A stretch of 64,000 bases of DNA, taken from the NCBI GenBank assembly GCA_009782385.1, contig WRJE01000004.1, forward strand, positions 1,549-65,548. The letters run 5' to 3'. The position numbers and the translations under genes are program-made. The notes under the pieces are model-generated. The model ran no database searches and was not told where the DNA came from. It saw only the letters and a program-made list of their open reading frames with translations. Positions 24,289 to 32,787 of this stretch are shown here, piece by piece (the stretch's first letter is position 1; each line of letters opens with the position of its first letter). This DNA is from Oscillospiraceae bacterium (GTDB taxonomy: Bacteria > Bacillota > Clostridia > Oscillospirales > UBA929).

Positions 24289-26238
24289 ATGAAAACTTTT
24301 AAGCGAACTTTGTTTGTCTTTTTATGCGCGGCTGTGTTTGCCGCAGTTATCGGCGCGGGCGTACCCGCCCTCGCGGACGATTACGTTTCGTTCACCATAG
24401 AAGAGGGATATTTGGGCGATATTACCATCTACCTCAAGATGGAAGGTTTTGACGATGCTAACGATGAGGGCAGAGCCTTCTATTACGAAGGGGGCTACGC
24501 TGATTACAACTGGGATCCACGACATAACGTAGGCGATACTGTTCCCGCAAATTTTGCCTACTTGAAGAAAATAACAGCCGAAACAACGAGCATTAAAGGC
24601 GATTCCCGCTCGGATAGCAGCGAACTATCTTGGGAGAATGGTGTCTATAGTCAGACCCCCTTTGGTTCCGGTGTAAGGTATCGGGTTTACGAACTTGACG
24701 AAAACCGTAAAGTTCTTAAAATGTGGGAGCTAATCGGTAACGACATGAATCCGCAAGTGAAAATACCCCCTAAAACTCCCACATTGACTACAGCGAATAG
24801 GCAAGGGGGTGTTCTACTTCGTGCAGATTATCTCACTGTTACATCGAACAGATATTATTTTGAACTCAAAGCTGCGCCGTATACGCCCGCGTATAACGTA
24901 GGCGATACCGCTGTCAAAAGCAACCTTACACAGCTTAAGCATGAGGATTCCTATGAAGAGAAGTACGGCGACCCCGGGACAGATATGACGATGTATATGT
25001 ATGAAATCGCGCCTGATAATAAAGTTCTCGCGCGGATTGAATTGACGGCGAAGACGCAGGCGGATTTTACGCCGTATGACGCTGTTTACAAGTGCGGCGA
25101 TAAAATAACGAGCGTACACGCGGCTGTAGCGAACCCGGAATCGGTTATTGCCGCAATCAACAAGAAGATTAAAGAATTGGCGGATGCCGGAGAATTAGGA
25201 GTACATACCGGTGTCTATTTCGAGCGGCAGAATCCAAGTTACGTTCCCGGCAGTACGGGTTCAACTAAAGACTTTGAGGCTTTTCTGCCGGATAAGTGGA
25301 TAGCGGGACGCTTCTATTTGAAAACAGGCACAGTTACAGTCTCAAACGTCACCCCCGGTTACAACGAGCCCCAAATCAAGTTTACAGCCGACGCTCCCTA
25401 TAGCGGCGCACCCGCAAACTCCATCATAGTAAACACCACCACATCCGACGGCGCGACAATCAACCTAACCACTGAGACAATCGACCTCGCGGGGTTCACA
25501 GTGGCGGCATACAGCATAGACGGCGGTACGAAGTGGAAAAAAGGGCCTCTGCCCGCCGGAGAAAAATTCAAGAAGATGCTCAACAAGCCGATGACATTGT
25601 GGCTGTCCGACACTTGGAAAGACAAGGCCGTTAAAGCCGACCCCGACAAAAATATCGAGGCCGTTGCCAAAGGCGTTCCGGATAACGCTAGGATTGCCAA
25701 GTTCCCCGCTCTTGAAAAACGACCCAAGAAGAACGAGGAAAAGCTGAAACCCTATTACGGCGACACACATTGGGTGCTTGCACAGAAGGACAGCGCGGAA
25801 GCGGTGTTCAGCGGCTATGAATACGCCCCGTCATCCAACGGGAAAACCCCGACCGGAAACTGGGAAGCTGTGCCGTCAAGCGGATTCGGAATTGTGTCGG
25901 GCGCGACTAAACTTACATACCTGTTCCGTACCGCGCCGAACAGCACGACCCCTGCCAGCGCACCGTTCAAAATAAAACCCGCCAACTTCGGCAAAGCACC
26001 CGCTTACAAGATTAAGGACACAAAAGACCCCGCAGATAAAACTATAATAATCAAAGTCATCGCCTTTAAGAAGGGCGACCAATACGCCGTTGGAAGCGAG
26101 GGGTACACCCCTGCTTTGGAAGATAAACTGACGCTCACTGTCGCCGAATTAGCGGAGAGGGGCGCGAATCTGAACGTCAGAAAGGCCGCAACGGGCAAGA
26201 AACCACCATCAGACGCGCAGAGCATAGCACTCAAATAA
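24289..26238 (+). CDS. Secreted paralog P2: internally duplicated N-terminal region plus the conserved C-terminal module
   Basis: Signal peptide MKTFKRTLFVFLCAAVFAAVIGAGVPALA. Internal repeat (NVGDT...YRVYELDENRKVLKMWEL / NVGDT...MYMYEIAPDNKVLARIEL). AAGGAGGA RBS. Confidence 0.85.
   Translation: MKTFKRTLFVFLCAAVFAAVIGAGVPALADDYVSFTIEEGYLGDITIYLKMEGFDDANDEGRAFYYEGGYADYNWDPRHNVGDTVPANFAYLKKITAETTSIKGDSRSDSSELSWENGVYSQTPFGSGVRYRVYELDENRKVLKMWELIGNDMNPQVKIPPKTPTLTTANRQGGVLLRADYLTVTSNRYYFELKAAPYTPAYNVGDTAVKSNLTQLKHEDSYEEKYGDPGTDMTMYMYEIAPDNKVLARIELTAKTQADFTPYDAVYKCGDKITSVHAAVANPESVIAAINKKIKELADAGELGVHTGVYFERQNPSYVPGSTGSTKDFEAFLPDKWIAGRFYLKTGTVTVSNVTPGYNEPQIKFTADAPYSGAPANSIIVNTTTSDGATINLTTETIDLAGFTVAAYSIDGGTKWKKGPLPAGEKFKKMLNKPMTLWLSDTWKDKAVKADPDKNIEAVAKGVPDNARIAKFPALEKRPKKNEEKLKPYYGDTHWVLAQKDSAEAVFSGYEYAPSSNGKTPTGNWEAVPSSGFGIVSGATKLTYLFRTAPNSTTPASAPFKIKPANFGKAPAYKIKDTKDPADKTIIIKVIAFKKGDQYAVGSEGYTPALEDKLTLTVAELAERGANLNVRKAATGKKPPSDAQSIALK
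25450..26235 (+). other. Conserved C-terminal module, copy in P2 (262 aa)
   Basis: GATINLTTET...VAAYSIDGGTKWKKGPLP...KFPALEKRPKKNEEKLKPYY...LFRTAP...FKKGDQ...RKAATGKKP. Confidence 0.85.
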
Positions 26239-26255
26239 AACAAAGGCAAGGAAAT

Positions 26256-26391
26256 GTAGGGACGAACTGCGTTCGTCCGCGGGCGGCCAATGACCGCCCC
26301 TACGGCATACCATGCGTTTTCGCGGGCGGACGAACGGCCGCCCCTACGACATACCGTGCGTTTTCGCGGGCGGACGAACGGCCGCCCCTAC
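26256..26391. repeat. REP-like cluster between P2 and P3 (one forward unit, three reverse units including a 44-bp tandem duplication)
   Basis: GTAGGGACGAACtgcGTTCGTCC (26256-26278). GGGCGGccaatgaCCGCCCCTAC (26281-26303). Two tandem units ...cgttttcgcGGGCGGacgaacggCCGCCCCTAC (26304-26347 and 26348-26391). Confidence 0.85.
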
Positions 26392-26463
26392 ACGGGAAAA
26401 TAAAAAAACGGAGCGGCAAGGATGACCGCCCGGAAGACAATTATTATCAAGGAGGAAATTACA

Positions 26464-29400
26464 ATGAAAAAACGATCAATTCTAAGCATGGTGCTTGTAC
26501 TCACGATGATAATTTCCATGTTCACATTCGGCGGGACAATGGCGGTTGCGGCGGAGTATGTGCCGGGTGTGATTACTATCACAAAACAGCCGCCGTCATC
26601 AATAACTGTTACGCAGGGGCAAATAGACACCCAACTTACGATTGACGCGACATCCACCGGAAAACAAAACGCTTATATGGAAGATTACAAAGAACCTATT
26701 CGCGCGGAATGGAAGCAGACCTCTGCAAGCGGAGAACCCTCCGGGACTGACAGCGTTTTGGGACAAGGAATTGGACAGTCGTCTACTCTCTACTTCCTGC
26801 CGTCAACATTTAAGATTCCGACAGGCTTAGCTCCCGGCGTACATTACTTCTATGCTACCGTTATATCTGGTAGACGTACCAGCGGCGATACCGGTACAGG
26901 CTCGCCCAGCGTCACTTCCGATGTTACAAAAGTAATCGTTTTACCAAGCGCGTCTACCCAATCAACGGGTTTGAATACAATAAAAGGTTTATACATGATA
27001 CGAGACAAAACATCCATGGAAGCATTTGATGTAGGCGCGTGGAACAACATAAGCGAGACTATGCTGTTTAACGCGGGTTTTATAGATGAACCGACACTGG
27101 CATCAGAAAAAATTGATGCCGTAATGAATGCGTTAAGAGACGCTCATCCAAATACTGACGGTTCAGAAGCGGCTTCATTGCCGTCTTTCAGCATACAGGA
27201 AATGCAAAAAATTATCTACGGTGCGCTCGGCGGTAAGTATAGGTGGACGGAAACCAATACTCCTGTAGACCCAACGGGAACAAAGGGCGCGTGGACGGTA
27301 AAATTTCCCGAAGATATTGCTACTTCGGATAGAAATTCTTATCCTCCCTTTATTACATTATATCCGGGTGAATCTTATGAAGTAAGATACGATTCACCTG
27401 CGGGCAGTGGAAGCGATAATAGGCAGCCTGCCGCACAGGCGGCTGAAGGCTTCTACAACGCGGTTATGGCATCCGCCGCGATAACGGCAAACTATGATAT
27501 AACCTACTCAGGCGTTACGCTTACTTTCACGCAAAAAGTGCCGAGCAGAGATTTTGCGGATACCGTCAATTCGATTGACAAAAGTAAAATATTACAGAGT
27601 TACTACTTTGGCTCCACATATGTATTGATACCTCAAACCACCTATTTTTCAAATGGTATAACTGCCGGTGCCGGACCCTCTTATGAACCAGAAGTCACAA
27701 GAGTAACTCAACCAATCCCCGTGACACCCGGAATCGCGGGCGTTTACAGGCTTACTATCCAAGCTCCTCTCAGCAAAGGCGAGACGATTAAGATTGGCGG
27801 CGATACATATACATCGGCGGGCGATACGGACGATGCCGCCGCGATAGGCGCAATGACTTTTGATAACTTTACTGTAAGCGTCAGCGGTAATGAAGTTATA
27901 TTCACACAGAAAAATCCAAGCACCTCAAGTAATACCTTAGGCGGCAGTTCGGGCGGCGGAGCAACGGACGGCGACGCGAACGGCACAATCAGTAAGGGTG
28001 ACGCACCCGCTCCTCATATCAACCTCACAGCCGAGACAGTCAACGCCGGGTATGAAGTAGCGGCATACAGCATTGACGGCGGCAAGAAGTGGAAAAAAGG
28101 ACCTCTGCCCGAAGATAAGAAACTGGCGGGACTGTTCAACAAGGGTATGACCCTATGGCTAACAGATAAATATAACGACAAAGACGTAAAAGAAGAGAAA
28201 ACAGTAGTGGCTAAAAAAGGCGTTGCGGACGGCGCGAATGTCGTCAAGTTCCCCAAGATAGAAAAACGCCCCAAAGCCAACGCGGAAAAACTCGCGCCGT
28301 TCTATTACCACGCGACACCCTCGAGCTGGTTCATGACCAAGAAAGGCGCGAAAACGTACTCCGAACCCACAGGCAAGTACGAATGGGCGGATACGGAAGA
28401 CGGTAAAGCCGCGAGCAGCGCGTGGCAGTCACTTCCCGATGTTGGCTGGACAATCGAGGATACAGGCACAAAGAAGACAGTCCTGTTCCGTTCCGCGCCC
28501 GTGGCGGACGAGGGCAAATATATACCCGGAAGCAAGATATTCAAAGTAAAGCCCGCCGCATACGGCAAAGCTCCCAATTATAAGATTAAATCGGTTAAAA
28601 ACCCGGACAATAAAGACACCAAACTCAATGTCTTACCGTTTAAGAAAGGCGACCAGTACTTAGTTGTGGGCGGTATCGGCGGCAGACCGGAAGCGTGGAT
28701 TGAGCCGTTGACAGCCAAGTTGGATATCCAAGTCGGCGAATTGGGCCCGGAGGGTACAAAAGTACACATCAGGAAAGGCGCGACAGGCAAGAAGCCCGCA
28801 TCGGCGATTCAGGAGATAGCTCTGCCCGAGGGCATTGCCAAAATCGAGTATGTAACGGTTACTGTTGCGAGCGATGCGGACGGGGTTAAGTATACATATT
28901 CGCAGTCTTCGCTCGCCAATGCCGTACCCGGAAAGGGTATCAACTTGCCGAAAGACGGATTCAGCCTTATAGTCGGCGCGACCATACACATCCACGCCGA
29001 TTGGGACGATAGTGGCGTTAATAAAGCACAGCAGATAAGCTATAAGGCGATAGGAGCAGATGTTGACGATGGTAAGGCTCTGGCATTCAACGATTGGAAA
29101 ATCGGTGCGCCGAAAATCGCCGCGAAATCTCAACCGAAAGTGACCGAGAAAGAGATTATAATTACAGGCAGCGGGTTTAAGACCGGAACGACCGACATTC
29201 TTTTGCAAAACTTCACAATCGAAGGCAGCGCGGCGGGCAAGGTAACGGGCATAGACGCGACTGCAACAGAGGTTAAGTTCACAACGACAACCGCTTTGGC
29301 ATCGGGCGACAAGATAACGATTACGGCAAAGCCCGCCGCATATAGCACAGCACCCATGCTTAACAGTAACACGGTGACGTTCACGGTTGACGTTGACGAG

Positions 29401-29670
29401 GCGGCGTTTGACACGGCAATCGCAAAACTGACGGCAGTAGAAAACAAACTCGGCGAGATAGCCGCACTCGCGGCTTGGGATGCCGCAGGTGGTCCGGCTA
29501 AACGTAGTCTGGTAGTCGATGCCGTTGCGGCTATAGTTGGAAGTGCGGTTACGGTTTCATCACCTGCGACAACTCCGACCGACACTTCCCATACGGTGAC
29601 TATTACATCCAAAACTAAACCCGAGCTATACTCAAAAGATGTTACCGTTACTTATACAATCGGCTCGTAG
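26464..29670 (+). CDS. Secreted paralog P3: large N-terminal region, conserved module, and an extra ~280-aa C-terminal extension
   Basis: Signal peptide MKKRSILSMVLVLTMIISMF...MAVAAE. AAGGAGGA RBS before the ATG at 26464. The stop TAG lies inside the GTAG of a REP unit. Confidence 0.85.
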   Translation: MKKRSILSMVLVLTMIISMFTFGGTMAVAAEYVPGVITITKQPPSSITVTQGQIDTQLTIDATSTGKQNAYMEDYKEPIRAEWKQTSASGEPSGTDSVLGQGIGQSSTLYFLPSTFKIPTGLAPGVHYFYATVISGRRTSGDTGTGSPSVTSDVTKVIVLPSASTQSTGLNTIKGLYMIRDKTSMEAFDVGAWNNISETMLFNAGFIDEPTLASEKIDAVMNALRDAHPNTDGSEAASLPSFSIQEMQKIIYGALGGKYRWTETNTPVDPTGTKGAWTVKFPEDIATSDRNSYPPFITLYPGESYEVRYDSPAGSGSDNRQPAAQAAEGFYNAVMASAAITANYDITYSGVTLTFTQKVPSRDFADTVNSIDKSKILQSYYFGSTYVLIPQTTYFSNGITAGAGPSYEPEVTRVTQPIPVTPGIAGVYRLTIQAPLSKGETIKIGGDTYTSAGDTDDAAAIGAMTFDNFTVSVSGNEVIFTQKNPSTSSNTLGGSSGGGATDGDANGTISKGDAPAPHINLTAETVNAGYEVAAYSIDGGKKWKKGPLPEDKKLAGLFNKGMTLWLTDKYNDKDVKEEKTVVAKKGVADGANVVKFPKIEKRPKANAEKLAPFYYHATPSSWFMTKKGAKTYSEPTGKYEWADTEDGKAASSAWQSLPDVGWTIEDTGTKKTVLFRSAPVADEGKYIPGSKIFKVKPAAYGKAPNYKIKSVKNPDNKDTKLNVLPFKKGDQYLVVGGIGGRPEAWIEPLTAKLDIQVGELGPEGTKVHIRKGATGKKPASAIQEIALPEGIAKIEYVTVTVASDADGVKYTYSQSSLANAVPGKGINLPKDGFSLIVGATIHIHADWDDSGVNKAQQISYKAIGADVDDGKALAFNDWKIGAPKIAAKSQPKVTEKEIIITGSGFKTGTTDILLQNFTIEGSAAGKVTGIDATATEVKFTTTTALASGDKITITAKPAAYSTAPMLNSNTVTFTVDVDEAAFDTAIAKLTAVENKLGEIAALAAWDAAGGPAKRSLVVDAVAAIVGSAVTVSSPATTPTDTSHTVTITSKTKPELYSKDVTVTYTIGS
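28003..28824 (+). other. Conserved module, copy in P3 (274 aa, internal rather than terminal)
   Basis: APAPHINLTAET...VAAYSIDGGKKWKKGPLP...KFPKIEKRPKANAEKLAPFY...LFRSAP...FKKGDQ...RKGATGKKP. Confidence 0.85.
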
Positions 29671-29780
29671 GGACGAACTTTGGTCGTCCGTGGGCGGCCA
29701 TCTTTTGAACGGTCGGGCATGGAAGCCCGACCCTACGGGAAACCGTGCGTTTTCGCGGGCGGACGAACGGCCGCCCCTAC
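29667..29780. repeat. REP-like cluster downstream of P3
   Basis: GTAGGGACGAactttggTCGTCC (29667-29689). GGTCGGGCatggaaGCCCGACCCTAC (29711-29736) is the exact reverse complement of 15245-15270. ...GGGCGGacgaacggCCGCCCCTAC ends at 29780. Confidence 0.85.
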
Positions 29781-29790
29781 ACGGGAAAAT

Positions 29791-29835
29791 AAAAAAACGC
29801 GGCGGGGTCATTTGACCCCGCCCCGGTTTTTATTA
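29791..29835. terminator. Bidirectional intrinsic terminator between P3 and the anti-sigma gene
   Basis: AAAAAAA, then GCGGGGTCA ttt TGACCCCGC, then cccGGTTTTTATTATTATTT. Confidence 0.7.
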
Positions 29836-30807
29836 TTATTTCCTATTCCTCACAAACCCCACCGTCAGTAAAGCTATACCTGCAAACAGTCCCGTCAGAA
29901 GGGTTATCAAAAAGACATTGGCATCTGTTGTCGTATAGTTCCACACAAACAAGTTTGCTTCGCTAAAGCTGAATATCGGCTTTGCGTCCAGTATCCAACT
30001 TACTATGTTGCCGACGGTTGAGAGGAATACGCCGCCGATTATTGAACATATTCCGGCTCTTATAAACCCGTTGAGCCTTGCGTAGCGGATAATCGCGAAC
30101 AATGCCCAAGGGAACAATACACAGGCGGAGGTAATCAGTATGGCGGGTCTCCAATAATCCGGGCTGCTTCCGTGTATCCCGCTGATAATTATTGTCGCGT
30201 ACAATAACAGCGTGTCGGCGGTCATGATAATCAAGCCCTTGTGCCGTGAGATAAACCCTGTCAACGGCAGCTGATACATAACAACGGGCAGGAACAACAC
30301 CGATAAACCGAACAGCGAAGGTATGACGGCGACAAAGAACCAATTACCGCCGGAATATATGTTGACGGTCAGCAGTAATAAAGTCAGGCTTCCGGCGAAA
30401 CTTCCGACAGTCCAAAGGCCTTTGCGCTGTTCCGCGACCATCGGCACGACCGAAACCGATGCCGCGACCATCAGAGAGGTCAGCACGATAAAGAACCAGT
30501 CAAGCGCGTGTCCGGTTGCGAGATTAACGATAAGGCTTACTACAATGGGCACTGCCATAACCGACGCGATACTGATTCCCGCAATCAGTGATTTACGCTT
30601 GAACTTCTCGGCGTGCCGCCCGACTACATTATCGCGCTCATTAGTCAGCTTTGCCTCAAGCGTTTCATCGTCAATTTTCCGCAGCTCATTTTTGCATTTT
30701 TCACATTCGGAAATGTGTTCCTCGATAATTTGCCTGCTGTGTTCACTGCATACGCCGTCATGGTATAACGGCAGCAAGTCTTTTACCAGTTCGCAAGAGT
30801 GTTTCAT
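29836..30807 (-). CDS. Anti-sigma factor with an N-terminal zf-HC2 domain and a polytopic membrane region
   Basis: CELVKDLLPLYHDGVCSEHSRQIIEEHISECEKCKNEL (H-x3-C-x2-C), followed by several hydrophobic helices. 4-bp overlap with the sigma gene. Confidence 0.75.
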   Translation of the reverse strand: MKHSCELVKDLLPLYHDGVCSEHSRQIIEEHISECEKCKNELRKIDDETLEAKLTNERDNVVGRHAEKFKRKSLIAGISIASVMAVPIVVSLIVNLATGHALDWFFIVLTSLMVAASVSVVPMVAEQRKGLWTVGSFAGSLTLLLLTVNIYSGGNWFFVAVIPSLFGLSVLFLPVVMYQLPLTGFISRHKGLIIMTADTLLLYATIIISGIHGSSPDYWRPAILITSACVLFPWALFAIIRYARLNGFIRAGICSIIGGVFLSTVGNIVSWILDAKPIFSFSEANLFVWNYTTTDANVFLITLLTGLFAGIALLTVGFVRNRK

Positions 30808-31277
30808 TTTATATCCATCCTTTCCTGAATCTTCAGTCTGGCGCGGTGATATGTTACACGAGCCCAGTTTTCGGTTTTTGAAAACAACAGACCAATCTTT
30901 TGAAATGACAGCTCTCCGAATACCCTGAGCTGAAAAACTTCCTTATAGGGTTCTTCCAGATTATGCAGTGCCTGATGTATCCTAAAGGTAGATTCTTCGT
31001 CTTCAAAAGCGGTTTCTATGCTGACATCCGAAACGCTTTCGCTCTCTGACCCGCTGTGCCGCGCCTGCCGTTTGAGTTCATCGTTGAACAGATTTTTAGC
31101 GATAGCGCATAGCCATGTAAACTCTGAAGCGTCTCCCCGATATTTTTTGTCGGTGCTAAGTGCTTTGAAAAATGTTTTCTGCGTTATTTCTTCCGCACAG
31201 TCACTATCTCGCGCCAAGGTCATTACAAATGAATATATTTGCATATAATAAGTGTTATATAACTGCTCGAAGTCCAT
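30804..31277 (-). CDS. ECF (group 4) RNA polymerase sigma factor
   Basis: MDFEQLYNTYYMQIYSFV...AEEITQKTFFKA (region 2) and ...LEEPYKEVFQLRVFGELSFQKIGLLF...RVTYHRARLKI (region 4). AGGAGG RBS at the ATG at 31277. Confidence 0.85.
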   Translation of the reverse strand: MDFEQLYNTYYMQIYSFVMTLARDSDCAEEITQKTFFKALSTDKKYRGDASEFTWLCAIAKNLFNDELKRQARHSGSESESVSDVSIETAFEDEESTFRIHQALHNLEEPYKEVFQLRVFGELSFQKIGLLFSKTENWARVTYHRARLKIQERMDIK

Positions 31278-31310
31278 ATCCTCGCCTCCTTTCTGTTCGA
31301 TTTCAAGGAT

Positions 31311-31337
31311 TAGACTGATTAGCCGCCGTTTCGTTAC
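31311..31337 (-). promoter_or_regulatory. Possible ECF-type autoregulated promoter
   Basis: On the minus strand: GTAAC (31333-31337), 17 nt spacer, GTCTA (31311-31315), ~35 nt upstream of the sigma start. Confidence 0.3.
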
Positions 31338-31540
31338 AAAAAAATAAAATCTTTTGCGTATCAGTTTATCATCGGTTTTGAGATTGTTCAAGCATTAATT
31401 TTTATTATATCCATACCAAAAATCCCAAAAATTATTAAGCATATCAGACGAATCACGGGCAATAATAGTATCGCGGGTAAAACCGCCGTATGTCTTAATA
31501 AAGACATGAAATAAATGTAGTCAACAAGGAGATGTTCTCA

Positions 31541-31729
31541 ATGGCCAGTAATCCTCTTGTCCCGAACGCTAAAGACGCTCTTAACCGTTTCAAAATGGAA
31601 GCCGCTTCTGAAGTAGGCGTTAACCTTAAAAACGGTTACAATGGCGATCTGACCGCGAGTCAGGCCGGTTCTATCGGCGGACAAATGGTCAAGAAAATGA
31701 TCGAACAGGCTGAAAAAAGTATGCACTAA
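31541..31729 (+). CDS. Small acid-soluble spore protein, alpha/beta type
   Basis: MASNPLVPNAKDALNRFKMEAASEVGVNL...GDLTASQAGSIGGQMVKKMIE is a classic SASP signature. AAGGAGA RBS. Confidence 0.9.
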   Translation: MASNPLVPNAKDALNRFKMEAASEVGVNLKNGYNGDLTASQAGSIGGQMVKKMIEQAEKSMH

Positions 31730-31732
31730 CCG

Positions 31733-31756
31733 CAAAGGCATTTTTGCCTTTTGGTT
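31733..31756 (+). terminator. Intrinsic terminator after the SASP gene
   Basis: CAAAGGCA tttt TGCCTTTG followed by GTT. A short hairpin directly after the stop. Confidence 0.5.
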
Positions 31757-31786
31757 ACCAAAACTGTTTTAGTCAATAACTGAATA

Positions 31787-31828
31787 GCGGGAGAGCCGGT
31801 TTGAAAATCGGCTCTCTCGCGTTTTTTT
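31787..31828 (+). terminator. Second, stronger intrinsic terminator
   Basis: GCGGGAGAGCCG gtttgaaaat CGGCTCTCTCGC followed by GTTTTTTT. Confidence 0.6.
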
Positions 31829-31932
31829 CGCGGATACCATATTATGACAGTTATCGCGTGGGACATACCGTATACTTGTTATGTAAACCATTTGCGGATA
31901 ACAAATATTCTTATGATATGGAGGGAAATATA

Positions 31933-32787
31933 ATGAAAAATCTTGCGTTTTGGGAAAAGAACCGCGTTATATACATAAAATCGGGCGAAATAATTCCCAA
32001 TCCGGCACAGCCCCGCAAGTCTTTTGAGCCAAACGGCTTGAAAGAGCTTGCTAACAGCATACGCGAACTGGGTATCTTGCAGCCGCTGACCGTCAGAAAG
32101 TCAAACGGCGGTTATGAGCTTGTCGCCGGTGAAAGACGGCTTAGAGCGTCACGTATGGCGGGGCTTTCGGAAGTGCCGTGTATCGTTACGGAAGCGGACG
32201 AACAGCGTTCGTCGCTTATAGCTCTGGTAGAAAACCTTCAGCGGCGCGATTTGGATTTCTTTGAGGAAGCCGAAGGTATAAAACGGCTTATAGACCTCTA
32301 TGGTCTGTCACAGGAGGAAGCATCGAGGCGGCTTGGCAAATCACAGCCCGCCGTTGCCAATAAACTGCGTATACTTAGGTTTGATGAGCAAACCAGAGAC
32401 ATCATGCGTAACGGCAATCTGACGGAGCGGCACGCCCGCGCGCTCCTGCGCGTTGAAAAACCTGAAAGCAGGCGCGAGGTGCTTGAGTTAATCATTGAGC
32501 GCGGTCTGAATGTCGCCCAGACTGAGGCGTATATTGATGACTTATTAACACAGAAGCCCGCGCGGATTATACCTATAGCTCAACCCCCGCAGAAGAACGA
32601 ACGCCCGGCAAAAATACACTATATCGTTAAGGATGTGCGGCTGTTTTTGAACACGGTCGAGCGTGCCGTAGATGTGATGCGCGGCGCGGGCGTTGCTGCC
32701 GACATGGAAAAAGAGGAACTTGACGATGAAATTATCCTAAAAATAAGCATACCGAGAAAAAAGGCAAAAATAACGGCGTTGCAGTAG
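31933..32787 (+). CDS. ParB/Spo0J/Noc-family DNA-binding protein (no adjacent ParA)
   Basis: IPNPAQPRKSF, GILQPLTVRK, ELVAGERRLRASRMAG and an HTH (SQEEASRRLGKSQPAVANKLRIL). GGAGGG RBS before the ATG at 31933. Confidence 0.85.
   Translation: MKNLAFWEKNRVIYIKSGEIIPNPAQPRKSFEPNGLKELANSIRELGILQPLTVRKSNGGYELVAGERRLRASRMAGLSEVPCIVTEADEQRSSLIALVENLQRRDLDFFEEAEGIKRLIDLYGLSQEEASRRLGKSQPAVANKLRILRFDEQTRDIMRNGNLTERHARALLRVEKPESRREVLELIIERGLNVAQTEAYIDDLLTQKPARIIPIAQPPQKNERPAKIHYIVKDVRLFLNTVERAVDVMRGAGVAADMEKEELDDEIILKISIPRKKAKITALQ

Noticed and set aside
26304-26391. A tandem 44-bp repeat that could be mistaken for a short CRISPR array.
   Set aside because: There are only two directly abutting copies with no spacers. 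The units are REP-type hairpins ending in CCCTAC, they also occur singly at 29737-29780, and no cas genes are present.
29680-29871. A 63-aa plus-strand ORF downstream of P3.
   Set aside because: It is composed of REP units and the bidirectional terminator, is Arg/Pro/Gly-rich, and has no RBS.
31392-31540. A forespore (sigma-G/sigma-F) promoter for the SASP gene.
   Set aside because: It is expected biologically, but I could not align a convincing GHATR-N17/18-CATxxTA match by eye (only a GTATG candidate with a poor -10), so no feature is reported.
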